DNA from: Schmidtea nova
Taxonomy: Eukaryota
Assembly: GCA_044892505.1 (NCBI GenBank)
Contig: CM097883.1
Location: forward strand, 17,918,001 to 17,982,000
Direction: 5' to 3'
DNA: 64,000 nt
Positions 1 to 11,821 of this stretch are shown here, piece after piece. Each line of letters opens with the position of its first letter. Position 1 is the stretch's first letter. The position numbers and the translations under genes were made by a program. Under the pieces are notes generated by a model. It had not been told where the DNA came from, did no database searches, and was given only the letters and a program-made list of their open reading frames with translations.

Positions 1-343
1 GAGGTCAAAGGTTTGTAATAATAATTTCTTTTATTTTAATTTCCATAAAAGTACCAAAGAAATTTTGTAATAATGCGATAAAGTTTGTAACCACGTTGTA
101 TTTTATTTGCTTAACTCGTTCTAGCAGACAATAGCTAGAATGACTGCGATGCAAACCAATATACAGAACCATGTGACCTGTTTTGAGGGAATTACGTCTT
201 TGACTGGTTTATGAATAATGTTGAGGATACCTAAATAACAAATCTATGGATAAATAAATAAAATTACCTGAGGGAAAATCATCATGACGAAGGAGACGAT
301 TAATGGGAACTTGGAAAAGAAAACAGAAATAAAAAGAAATGAG

Positions 344-942
344 TGTTGGGCCAGGCAAATCACATTGAAAACTAAAACAATAAAAATAAAACAAAAACAA
401 AATAAGAATAAATGTTACCATCAGTTAACAGAATGCGATCGGAACGCAGTGAAGCCTGAAACAAATGATAATAACAAGTAGTGATGAATAATAAAACATA
501 CCAATTAAAAAATCACTTGAGCGAAACGAGACCACTGAGTGCAGCTAATCCGGCGGAGGCATCACCTGAAAATGGTACGAATATGAAATAAATGAATAAT
601 ATAAAATCAGGTGAATAAATAACAATGAAATAAAATCAGCACATAACCGCACAATGAAATTCAGTTAAAAAATAAAACAAACTATTATGAGGGCGGTGAA
701 AGCGTTCTGATTGGCCGGCTCAACCTGAGAACTACAATATAAGCAGTAGTCAAACTCAGTAGAGGAATGTAATTTTTACCCGAGACAAGTATCACTGTGA
801 GATTTGTACCTTGTAAATTGGAATCTAGTGGAAATAAAAAGTATGTTAGTTATGTGTTTTTACTTCATTATTGTCTAAACCCTCATTTGTTTGGATGTAA
901 TAAATGGAATAAGGTAACGTCCCGACGGTCTCCGGACCCAAC
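344..942 (+). mobile_element. LTR-like unit of a TGTTGGGCC-terminal family
   Basis: Starts TGTTGGGCC and ends GGACCCAAC. Has an internal ATTGG (CCAAT) box near 710, a TATA-like AATATAAG near 740 and AATAAA near 900. The same terminus occurs at 36387 (-) and 58970 (+). No TSD found. Confidence 0.4.
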
Positions 943-1775
943 GGGCAAAAATTGGCCTCTCGACGCAACACCTTCTGGGTGATGGTCGATGCGGCGTAGG
1001 AGCGCTAACTATTCGGGAGTGGGGTTGTACATAGAGTCATCCAGAGGATCATTATTGACATAAATAAAAACAATAGCAAGTTCTCAAATCGAATACCTGT
1101 AATCCACACAAAGATTCATAGTGGTGGGTTGTTGATCGTCAATATGACCTTGACGTTTCTATGGCTCTCATCAACAACTCAACACATAAAACATTTAAAC
1201 TACCATCTTGTTACCCGTCACCATGTAACGTTGGTACTGTAACAAGTGGGTGGGTATTCGCAATCAGTGAGCGTCGTCAATACGAAACTATGATTGACCG
1301 AATATCTCCTGGGTCCAAGGGCTACCGATAGAAGGTTTCCTGCCCATTTTGTCCCTTCTTCGACCATTTATCTATAAGCTTTCAATAAAAATTTTCATCG
1401 GAAATTCAACATAAACACTCTACATAACTATAAATCCATTATTGCACCCAAATAAATTATTCCGAGCATCAAAAACACTAATATAACCCTATATTTTACC
1501 AATATTGCATTTTATGATAATTAATACATAAAATATTATATTTTTATAGAAAAATTTTAATCTGCATTTGAAATTTAAGAAAAATTTTAATTATTACCGT
1601 AATTTTATCGAGTTTAGAAATAATAAAAATAAAATTTCTGTTTGTTTAAAATTGCTAATTTAATCAAAAGGACAAATTTACTCAATTTAAAAATTATATT
1701 AATTTTAAATGTAATTTTCTGAATTTTTCACTAAATTGATTAATTAACGATTTCTATAGTTCAGATCAACAAGAA

Positions 1776-2049
1776 ATGGGTCTCTCCAGAAACTACGAAG
1801 CCAGAGGAAAATTCTCCCACCCCAAATGGGTCAAAAAATCTAGAATTCTAGCTCCTACGAAGCAAAATTGCCCGCTCTACCGACCAAGTAAAATTTTGAT
1901 TATTTCAGAATTATAATTTATTTTGAACAATTTTAGAAAATTTCTTGAAGAGAATATGTTGGAACTGGCCCTTCAAGCACTGTAAACCGGAAAAATCCTT
2001 GCCGGAGACTCTTATCCCTCAAACTGAATTTTTATCAATAAATTTTTAG
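1776..2049 (+). CDS. Possible two-exon orphan ORF (74 aa; intron 1888-1936)
   Basis: Removing a 49-nt GT..TTTTAG intron gives an open frame MGLSRNYEARGK...ICWNWPFKHC...SINF*. It is a GC-richer island in very AT-rich DNA. No homology recognised. Confidence 0.3.
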
Positions 2050-2499
2050 ATCATTTTTTTTTTGTCTTTACCCTTTTTCGTTTGAGTTTTTATTATTTTT
2101 ATGAAATTTTTGTAAATGGGAAAATTAAAATAAACTGTAATGTAAATGGCCTATTTGATTGTACTGAGTTTGGCTGGGTATATTTGATTTTATATGGTAT
2201 GGTTGAATGATAGATATAAGTGAATGAAATTTTTGTATGGTTTGCTTGTGTGTATATAACTATTGAATGCTAATAAATGATACTGTGTATGTGTGTATAT
2301 TGTATTTTAAATATATGTTGCTTGTGTATTAGTATGGGAAATGTTATTGAATGAAATGGATGTAATTTTTTGCAAATAGGGATGCGTTATGATTTTTGAG
2401 ATATCGTGGGGGTATTTATAATATACTATATATAAATTATATAAAATATTTTTAAAATTAAAATAATAATGATAATTTTTATATTAAAATAATAATAAT

Positions 2500-2870
2500 A
2501 ATTTTTATAATACTTTTTATAAATTTTAGATTTATAATTTTATGAAAGTAATATAATAATAAAATTTCTAATTTTTATAATATACATTTAATAATTTTTT
2601 TTTGATACTTTTTATAACTTTTAAATTTATAATTTTATGAAAGTAATATAATAATAAAATTTCTAATTTTTATAATATACATTTAATAATTTTTTTTTAT
2701 ACTTTTTATAACTTTTAAATTTATAATTTTATGAAAGTAATATAATAATAAAATTTCTAATTTTTATAATATAAATTTTTATAATACTTTTTATAAATTT
2801 TAAATTTATAATTTTATGAAAATAATATAATAATAAAATTTCTAGTTTTTATAATATACATTTTTATATT
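2500..2870. repeat. AT-rich tandem repeat, about 4 copies of an 85-95 bp unit
   Basis: TATGAAA(G/A)TAATATAATAATAAAATTTCTA recurs at 2541, 2636, 2730 and 2815. Confidence 0.85.
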
Positions 2871-5543
2871 CGAATTTTTATATTTTAAGTATATATATAT
2901 ATAGTAAAAAATTTTTCCTATAAAATTTTGAAATTTTGGATTTTTTAAAACTGATAAAATTTTCAATATAATAATAATATTTTCGATTTAAAATTTTTAT
3001 GGGTTTCAATATAAGTTTTGATTAATAAATTCTTAGGAATTTTATAAAATAACAAAATCTTTTATATCATAACAATATTCGGAGAATTTTTATTTTACAA
3101 TTTTTCATTATAAAAAAATTTTTTCAATATAATAAAAAGTAAATTTTTATTTTGATCGAAACGAAATCCACATAATAATAAATTTTTCATCCATAAATTT
3201 CGAAATCTAAATAAGCATTTAATCTAAAAAGTTTTTATATGCTAAATAAAAATAAAAATAAAATAAGTTATAAATTTTTCAACGAATCTTTTTCAACATC
3301 GAATAAAGTTAATTTCGGTTTCATTATTATTCCATCGGATTTGAGCATTAATTCGAACGATTTACTTTTTAATATCGGTTTTTAATATTCTGGATCTTGG
3401 ATGAGGAAAAATTTATGGTGAAGGTGAAGGCGAAGGACGAGTAAAATGTTTTTGCATAAACTATTTTTCATAATGGAAAAGACATTGTTGGAGAGATTCG
3501 TCTTTACGTTTTCATGTGGTATTAATTTTTAGATGATAAATATGTCGGAAATTATAAATTCAAATAAACTACATTTATTATAAATTAAATATCATTAATA
3601 TAACACCTTGCCTCAGGCCAAGCCACTGTTCCCCAGTTGGGATGAAGTGATCATGGATGGTTAGGCTATTCACCTGGACTCGGAAATATGGACTGATCGA
3701 TTTACGTATCGAACCAGCGATCCGCTCAGGCTACTTCCACCCGATCGGCACAAGGCCAGACACAGGCTTCAGGGGGTAAGGAAATAAAAAAAAAATTTTA
3801 TTTATTTATCTTTTTATAATATATATTATTGTGATTTTAAACGGTAATTTGTGACAATAAAAGAAAATAAATAATAGTAATAAAAAATAATAATATTCAT
3901 AAAATAATATGACAATAATGACAATAACCTAATACACAATTATCCAAATAAAATATTACTGGGTACGGGGTAATCGAAAAGGCATGACGTTCGATGACCC
4001 CGCACCGAACAAGAAAATGATACTTACTAATAGATTCTTCCGGGAAAATACGAAATTAAAAAATTCTGCTAATAATAATTCTTTTCAAATTTTCAAAAAT
4101 TTCTTCAAAAATTCTTAACAGCAAAAATTTTTCACAAATTCTGAATAGATTCCATTTTGATGGCGGTATATATACCGTCGATTTTCGTCACCTTCACCAG
4201 TGTAATAAAACAAATTATTCTAGAATTTTCCTTTTAATTTTTCTAATTTAATTCTAATGATTTTCCGAAAATTAAATTCATATTTTTGTGTAATAATTTT
4301 TTACAAAACACAAATAATTTATTTTAATTCCAAATTTTTGTTTTTGAATCGAAATTTGTTTGATTTGATTTAATTTACGATATTTCGATTAATATTAGTT
4401 CTTTTTATTGTTAATGTGAAATATTTTGATAAAATCACAATTTTCGGCTAAAATTTTGTTAATTTTTTCTGCATGAAGGTTTTATAACACAATTTCGTTT
4501 TTTATGGGTATTTTCAATGGGTTTTCCGCCTATTCTAACTTTTAAACGTTCTTCTTTTGATGGCATTTGATTTTTCTCGAGGTTTCAATGTAAGGGCTTT
4601 CAGACTCACAGCTAGCGCGTTCTCTACTGGTTGATGTGTTGTGAGTCCACTTCACCTTTTGTTGTTTTTCACTTAATTGCTTGGATTTTTAATGGATTTT
4701 GGGTTAAAACTGAATCTTGCGCGCTCTCTACCTATGGGGTTATCGTTTTATTAAAACAGTTTGTGGTTTTTGCCCAACAATAGTTTCTAGAGGAAAAATA
4801 GAATTCGATGAGATGTTTACAGGTATAAAATCTAATGCAAGCACCTAATATCCGTTAACACTGAGAATACATGAGCAACATGATTTTCCAATATCCCTCG
4901 AGATTTCGAGAATGGATGTGAAGTGCGTGGATGAAATGGCACGATGATAGAGTTGTTTGAGATGCTGTATGATGGAAGAATACACAGAATAACATTCGCC
5001 GACGGAAATAAGTGAGTATATGAGATTGAGCGACTGTTTGAATGATTGAGATTTTGCGGATGATGATGACGTGATTACCGATTTAATAAAGAGATCCAGG
5101 AGTTTGATAACCAATCAAATTTTTCAACATAGTAGAATCAGACTAAAATATAATAACCAATACATAACAAATCACTTTGGATCGCGACTGACGTTCAATG
5201 ATTGTTAGACCACGTAACTATAAACTCACGGTTCAATGAAAATGCAGCACCAGACGATGAATGAATAAAATTGTGATGCTGATATGAATGACAGCCTGAC
5301 AGTGTGAAATGAACGAGATTGCTTGGTTATGTTGAGGTTCCAAGAATTTCAACTTGATGTTTCTTATGTAAATAAAAAACAAGACTGGTTCTTTGAAATT
5401 TTATATAAATTACAACAATTACAAATTTGATAAAAATAACAATTACCTCAAAGCTAATAATTTTTATTTATTTCGTATATATGTGTATGTGTATGTAAGT
5501 GCTTGCAGTTTCCTGAACACGGATGTACAAGATTTGTATGCTA

Positions 5544-6842
5544 CGTGGTGCGTTCAATAAGTACCCGACCTGACGAAGAAAACGAATTCCAAAATGGGCC
5601 ATTTTTATAACACAACAAGCTTAACGTATGTAGGCATCATTTTTCAACATAATGTCCATTTCGCTCCACACACTTCCGCCAACGAATAATCAACTCAGAA
5701 AACGCATTTTTGAAGAAATCTCGGGGACATGCATTGAAGAAATCCTCCACGGCAACCTTCAAATCGTCTTTGGATCCAAACTGGGTGCCTCTCAAATGCT
5801 TCTTTAGGTGTCTATAGAGGTAAAAATCGCTTGGTGCCAAATCTGGGCTGTACGACGGATGATCCACAAGCACTAGTCCAGCACCTTCAATTGTGGCCCG
5901 AGAAACGCCCGCTGTGTGCACTGGCGCATTGTCGTGGAGAAACCATAGTGGCGTATTCTTCTGCTTCCGTCTATTCTTTCTGGCGGTTGCCACGAGTTGG
6001 CTGTAATAGGCAGCGTTGATGGTGATGCCTTTATCCACGAAATCAATGAGAATAACACTTTTATGATCCCAAAAAATGAAAAGCATCATCGCTCGCCCAT
6101 GACTTGTCCCCGTTCGCATCTTCAAATATGGCTTCTCTCCAGGCAGTTTCCACTCTGCTGACTCACGCTTTGTTTCCGGCAAATACATACTGAGTGGGGT
6201 TTCATCCTCCGTTATTAAATTTGCCAGGAAAGTCTCACCATGCTGGTCCCACAGGTTCAAGTTGTTTTGACTGCACTCCAAGCGGTTTCGCATCATTTCA
6301 CCAGTCAAGAAGCGGGGTACGAGTCTGGAGCACAGTTTTCTGATACCCATGTATTTCAATTTGGCGTGGGCTGTACCAACACTGATGTTGAGCTTCGTTG
6401 ACAGCATTTTCATGGTGATTCGACGCTCTTCTTGGACAATCTTCTCCAATTTTTCATCAACTGTGTCAAAAATTTCTTGTGGCCGACCTGATTTTTCTTC
6501 ATCAAAAACGGAGGTGCGACTACCTTTAAACTCTCTGACCCAATATTTAACAGTTGTCGGAGATGAGGAGTCATGTAGGTAAGTTGACTGCAAAAGATCG
6601 TAGATTTCACTGCACGTCTTCTTCTGCAGCACAAAGAACTTGATAACGCTGCGATACTCAACGTCTGAAATCATTACACCGACGAAAATTCAAAATGTCA
6701 CAATAAAAATTTTAATGCGTTTGATAAAATAAAACAATAACTGAAATCAAAACCTATATTTATTTATTTATTTACACAAAAAAATTAAAAAATGTCATTA
6801 CATTTTTTTACCTTTGGTCGGGTACTTATTGAACGCACCACG
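5544..6842 (-). mobile_element. Full-length mariner DNA transposon (1299 bp)
   Basis: Perfect 27-bp TIRs CGTGGTGCGTTCAATAAGTACCCGACC (5544-5570 and 6816-6842), flanked by TA on both sides. Encodes an intact transposase. Confidence 0.96.
5637..6674 (-). CDS. Mariner transposase, intact 345 aa, DD34D
   Basis: N-terminal HTH region, LVPRFL (WVPHEL-equivalent), DETPL, HDNAPVH and YSPDLAPSD. There are 34 residues between the second and third catalytic D. Confidence 0.96.
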   Translation of the reverse strand: MISDVEYRSVIKFFVLQKKTCSEIYDLLQSTYLHDSSSPTTVKYWVREFKGSRTSVFDEEKSGRPQEIFDTVDEKLEKIVQEERRITMKMLSTKLNISVGTAHAKLKYMGIRKLCSRLVPRFLTGEMMRNRLECSQNNLNLWDQHGETFLANLITEDETPLSMYLPETKRESAEWKLPGEKPYLKMRTGTSHGRAMMLFIFWDHKSVILIDFVDKGITINAAYYSQLVATARKNRRKQKNTPLWFLHDNAPVHTAGVSRATIEGAGLVLVDHPSYSPDLAPSDFYLYRHLKKHLRGTQFGSKDDLKVAVEDFFNACPRDFFKNAFSELIIRWRKCVERNGHYVEK

Positions 6843-7789
6843 TATATTTTAATTTACAAATCGTTTACCAAATTTGTAATTCTTCTTAACTGTGTAAGAT
6901 TTTATTGGTGGTTTGACTGAAAAATTACTCTGATTATATAGTATATTTTTGTTGACACTCTATTTCAAGTGTTAACACACTTTGTTTTTGCATATTTATT
7001 TTTTAATTGCACAAAATGTGCTTTATTTATTTTGGAGCACTTAGTGCCTTTCTTCTTTGGCACTAAGTGCCTTTTATTTGCTAAAATATATCGAGCCTCT
7101 TTTTTATTGCTCGTTTAAATAAAAAGTTTTTTATAATTATAATAATTTTTTTCNNNNNNNNNNNNNNNNNNNNNNNNNNNNNNNNNNNNNNNNNNNNNNN
7201 NNNNNNNNNNNNNNNNNNNNNNNNNNNNNNNNNNNNNNNNNNNNNNNNNNNNNNNNNNNNNNNNNNNNNNNNNNNNNNNNNNNNNNNNNNNNNNNNNNNN
7301 NNNNNNNNNNNNNNNNNNNNNNNNNNNNNNNNNNNNNNNNNNNNNNNNNNNNNNNNNNNNNNNNNNNNNNNNNNNNNNNNNNNNNNNNNNNNNAATTATC
7401 ATGCGGTGCCCATCTACAAAAATTTTATAATCAATAGAATTGTACTACTAATTTATTATTACATCCATCATGCCACATTTAATAAATATAGAAAACCAGA
7501 ATAAATTCATAATAATAAATAATATGTAGCACAAATTACATCCAACACTAGCTATTTATATTTATGAAAGACAGTGGGTCGACAAAATCAGAACAGTTAG
7601 GGAATCATCAGTATCATTTACACACTGACATAAATATAAAAACTACATAGCGCCATTAATGTATCCAATGAAATAGTATATCACTAAAGAAAAATCAATA
7701 ATTAATAAATCGAAGTATGAATCAAATCTTTTTGTAGAAAATAATCAATAAAAATTTTGTGTACAAATTTCTACGTATTGTTTTTGAGT

Positions 7790-8300
7790 TCAACTTTCAA
7801 TTCCTAATTCTCTTTTTTCATAATGCAGAACATAATCGGATATCGACATATTACTTTTACAATCCATAATCATGTGCAAAGCCTGATAGCCGGGATCATC
7901 TTTATATGTAGAATCAGAAGTTCTTTCCGACTTGAGTTCAGTTGCATCTCGCAGATTAGTAATGGGTTTTATTTCCGTCGTGAATTCAGAATTAGATTTT
8001 GGGGTTTTAACTTTCGTCGATATGTGATGTAATTGAGTGTTTGGAACATCTTTCACAAATACCCATTTGACTAAAAATTTCCCTCTCCAGTTATCCTGGC
8101 CCAAGCCCCAGTCACAACGCTTTCATCTACAATTGATGTCATCTCTGCTATTCCACAGAACTGACCGGATCCACTTACAGAGAGAAACAAAAGAACATGA
8201 CCTCCTTTTTTTTCTGAGCATTAAAAAATTCCTTCGAGGCAACTAATAAATTTTCTTTTCAGAATATTTTTTTTCGATTTCCCAATCATAGGAATATTGG
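7790..8300 (-). pseudogene. YTHDF-like YTH (m6A reader) domain, intronless, two frameshifts
   Basis: GHVLLFLSVSGSGQFCGIAEMTS...GAW, then a frameshift near 8100, then QDNWRGKFLVKWVFVKDVPN...KPITNLRD...HYEKR, which matches the YTHDF C-terminal YTH consensus. A second shift lies at an A8 run near 8205-8213. Confidence 0.8.
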
Positions 8301-8870
8301 TTGGAAATCAATGAGCAGTGCTTCTTATTTGTACAAGAAATTCACTGCTCTTCTATTTTTTGTCTATTTAAAGAATATTTATTTTAATAATAAAATTTTT
8401 TTTTATAATTAATTAGCCCCTAGAGGGTTTAATTAATTAAAATATATATGTATGGGGGTTTGGGTATTCCTTTATGATGATGATAGAGAATTTGTCGAAA
8501 TATATAAAATGTATTTTTCCTGGACCAAATAGTTGCCATATATATACATACACACATACACACACATATATATATCCTTATATACATCTATCAGATTAAA
8601 CATATCAATATAGAAAATTAATAAAATCAATCATGTCTATAATATAGACAAATAGATATAGGCTAAACATACACATAGATACATCATCTAACAAGATCTC
8701 TCCCGATGAAAAGATGGAATTCAGATAACAATCTATTGTATCGTTTGACAATCCTACTGTGTGACAAATCCATTCAGCCTTGTGATTCAGACAATCATCT
8801 ATTTTATCTTTTGACAATCCTATTGTGTGACAAATTTTTATCCTTATTCAATCTATTTTCTCTTTATAAT

Positions 8871-8935
8871 TATGATTATTATTTGATTATTATTTGATTA
8901 TTATTTGATTATTATTTGATTATGATTATTATTTG
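8871..8935. repeat. 11-bp microsatellite (ATTTGATTATT)n
   Basis: About 5 tandem copies directly abutting a palindrome. Confidence 0.85.
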
Positions 8936-8995
8936 AGTTAGATGAAGACTATAGCATATAGACTCTATATGCTATAGTCTTCATCTAACTTAAAT
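8931..8995. repeat. Near-perfect palindrome (27-bp perfect arms, 1-nt centre)
   Basis: 8936-8962 AGTTAGATGAAGACTATAGCATATAGA is the exact reverse complement of 8964-8990. Pairing extends to 8931/8995 with one G-T. Confidence 0.95.
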
Positions 8996-9132
8996 GTTTC
9001 TACTATTTTCCCTGTCTCTAACAGTTGCTATGAATGATCTAAAGGAATGCTTGATGAGTATGGATGTGGAAACCGAAAGGGAATGATGGCGCCCAAGATG
9101 ATCTTAAATAACACCATCTATTTGTTTTCAGC

Positions 9133-9750
9133 ATGTCTTCCAGGCGGTTAAACAAGACGAGACCGAGGAATAGATTAATAACACGACGAGGGCCAGAGCG
9201 AGGGTTCCGAGATATCCCAGGTGTTTCCGAGGAAGTACGGGCTGAGATTTTCAGACACGCCCGCCATTGGAAAAGTGAGTTTAAATGAACCGCTCCGTTC
9301 GAGATGATGGACTGCTCAATGATTAATATTAGATGGGAAGGAGACGCCCAATGGCCAGATATCGTAGGCGGCCGTAGAACTCACCAGACCAAGGGGTTTA
9401 TCAAATTCTTGAGCGAGGAGGGATTTCCTAGATGGATCCTCATACTGAAACCACTCGATATTCGAGAATTAAGGCGTCTCGGATACATTCTCCTCGATAC
9501 GTCCCGGAACATTCGGACCGGAGAACGGATGGGCTTTACGAATTTGCCCTGCGAGTTTTTGGATGACTGACAAACAAGGTCGAAGTGGGCTCGACAGATA
9601 CAGTGGAACGACGTATTTATTTACAAAGAAGCCTTATGTTGGAAACCAAACCTGGTATTTTACCTCAAAAATGGAGCCTTGCGAGATGACAGTGACTTCC
9701 TCCAAGATTGGATCATGGAACCGTTGGTAACCAAGCTCAAATCCTCATGA
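9133..9750 (+). pseudogene. ORF-A family copy 1 (unknown protein, two in-frame TGA)
   Basis: Single frame from ATG 9133, directly after a TTTTCAG acceptor, to TGA 9750, with stops at 9286 and 9568. Aligns by eye with 60370-60789 and 35466-35888. Confidence 0.55.
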
Positions 9751-10019
9751 TACGGATGACACGACAGTGTAGTCATAGTTATTGTGTAATAAGTTAAAAA
9801 TAAATGATTAAAAATAAATGTCTTAATTCCCGTGAGTTTGTATGTTTGCATGTCGAATGTCTGTCGAATAGTAATGATGAGGGTAGCAGCTGAATGTGAA
9901 TGTTGAATGGCTACTGCGACATGAGACAGCCAGCGTAGATTGCATATGAAAAGGGGAGTGACTGTGTAGAACTGAATCTCGAAACAAAATAATGTTTTAT
10001 CTAAAAACGTAATTGTAGA

Positions 10020-10313
10020 ATGAATATCCTTGAGAACGACATCGCTACAGACAAGAGGAGTCAATTAGTTCGTCGAGTAAAATTGCTTGAGCGGCAAGGA
10101 TCCGAATTGGAAGAGATAAAACGAACGTGGTTTCACCTAAGTGCTGTGAAAGAAATATTAAAAACGAAGGACCGCACGCAGCGCGCATTGGACGCACAGT
10201 CAGTGGAATTGGCAGCCACTAGGGTTGAATTGAACAGATGTTTGAGAGCAGTCACGATGGAATTCGTATCTACGCACTTGAAAAACCAAATACGAGCGAG
10301 TACGTTCGACTGA
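10020..10313 (+). CDS. ORF-B family copy 1, 97-aa coiled-coil-like protein
   Basis: Open ORF homologous to 63075-63314 (WF...VELxAT..+L.+CL..VT..F..T.LK..IR..T). The stop overlaps the next ATG (TGATG). Confidence 0.55.
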   Translation: MNILENDIATDKRSQLVRRVKLLERQGSELEEIKRTWFHLSAVKEILKTKDRTQRALDAQSVELAATRVELNRCLRAVTMEFVSTHLKNQIRASTFD

Positions 10314-11377
10314 TGGATACCACCTAGGAACGCAAGCGCTGAGACTCAGACCAAGAGTATAATTTCGACGACACCCGACATGATGGACAAAGGGCCGAAT
10401 CTGAAAGAACCAAGCAACCCTGTAACAAAAACTAAGAAGCGTAACCGTTTAGAGCCAAGATAAGGCGCGAAAGAAGAGCTTTTGCTGAGAGAGTGGGTAT
10501 TGAAGTGGATTTTCTCAGCGGGTTGTCAGAAAGTCAGCTAATGAAGGTGATAAATCCTAGTGTGTTATTAGGCTAAATAAACTATTATAAAAAGTTTTGA
10601 CTTATTCTTCTTGTATGATGAGAAATGAATGATAAAATGAATGCATGAATAAAGAATGATATCATATAAGGAAATGAAATAATACATTTGACCGGGAACC
10701 GAAATGAAAATTAATATAAACCCTAGACGAAATGAAATATAGTAAATGAATATAATTGGGACCATAACAAATTCACACAGGTCTTCTATCGGCAGTTGTG
10801 AACCCGTAGATGAAACAATGGAATAGTAACCGTCAAGATTGCTCACCTGCCTTGTGTGTCTACAACGATGGGTGCAGTACCAAAATGACGAGCAATTAGG
10901 GCGAGTCATGGGCATCAGCGTGGAGAATCCTTTTATGTTGACGGAATTGCCCTAATATCAACATCAAATAGAATCCCAGTTTAAACACCATACCAACAAA
11001 CCAGCATGAGAAATGAGAACGAAGAATCAGACAAGAAAACAAAAACAAAGGTCAGCATTAATAAATTAGTACAAAAGGAAAAGGATATTAAAAATCGGAA
11101 AAAACAGAAACAACAACAATGTACTTATCTCGACAGCTTGTCAGAGATAACGAAAACGAAAAGAAAACATGCCGGAGCGGCAAAAACGAAAAACAGAGAA
11201 CATTTTAACAGCTGTCAGAGATAACTCTGTTGCAAAAGAAAGTCGGGGAATAATGTGGAGGAAAAATGAAAAATGATAGATAAACTTAAGTGCCACAAAG
11301 TGACGAGGTATAAAAGTAGGAAGCACAGCAGAAGCGAAAAGAACATTTTAGAGACAGAATATTTGCGGGGGAATACT

Positions 11378-11821
11378 TGTGACAGAAGTCTGGAGAAAAC
11401 AGAAGATAATATGACGATATTTATTTGGAGAAGTTGAAGAAATTTGAAGCAGAAAAACCTAGAGAGAAATTTAAAGAAGAGTTGAAAGGAGAATCCAATA
11501 AGAGAATTCAGAAATAATGGGATAAGCAGCAGGAGTTTATTCAGTTAATAATCGAGTAAGTTCGGCGCGTAAATTCAAGTCAAACCCAGAAAGCAGCCAG
11601 CTAAATTACCAATCGTTATACTCCTCAGTGGTGAGTGATTATTCGAATCAAGATTATACGCGAGTGCTTCACCATAGTGTTGTAATAAGCACTGTATAAT
11701 CAGCTGTTTAGACTGTTGTCACTTCAGTGTAAATTGAAAATATTTGTGATATTCAATAAAGTTTCCAGTGTTAATTATTATTTGTGGGTCAATTAAAAAG
11801 CCCCCTTGGAGTCAAAGGACA
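11378..11821 (+). mobile_element. Probable 3' LTR (TG...CA) preceded by a purine tract
   Basis: GGGGGAATA lies just before TGTGAC. There is an AATAAA near 11755 and the unit ends GGACA. No partner LTR is visible. Confidence 0.4.
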
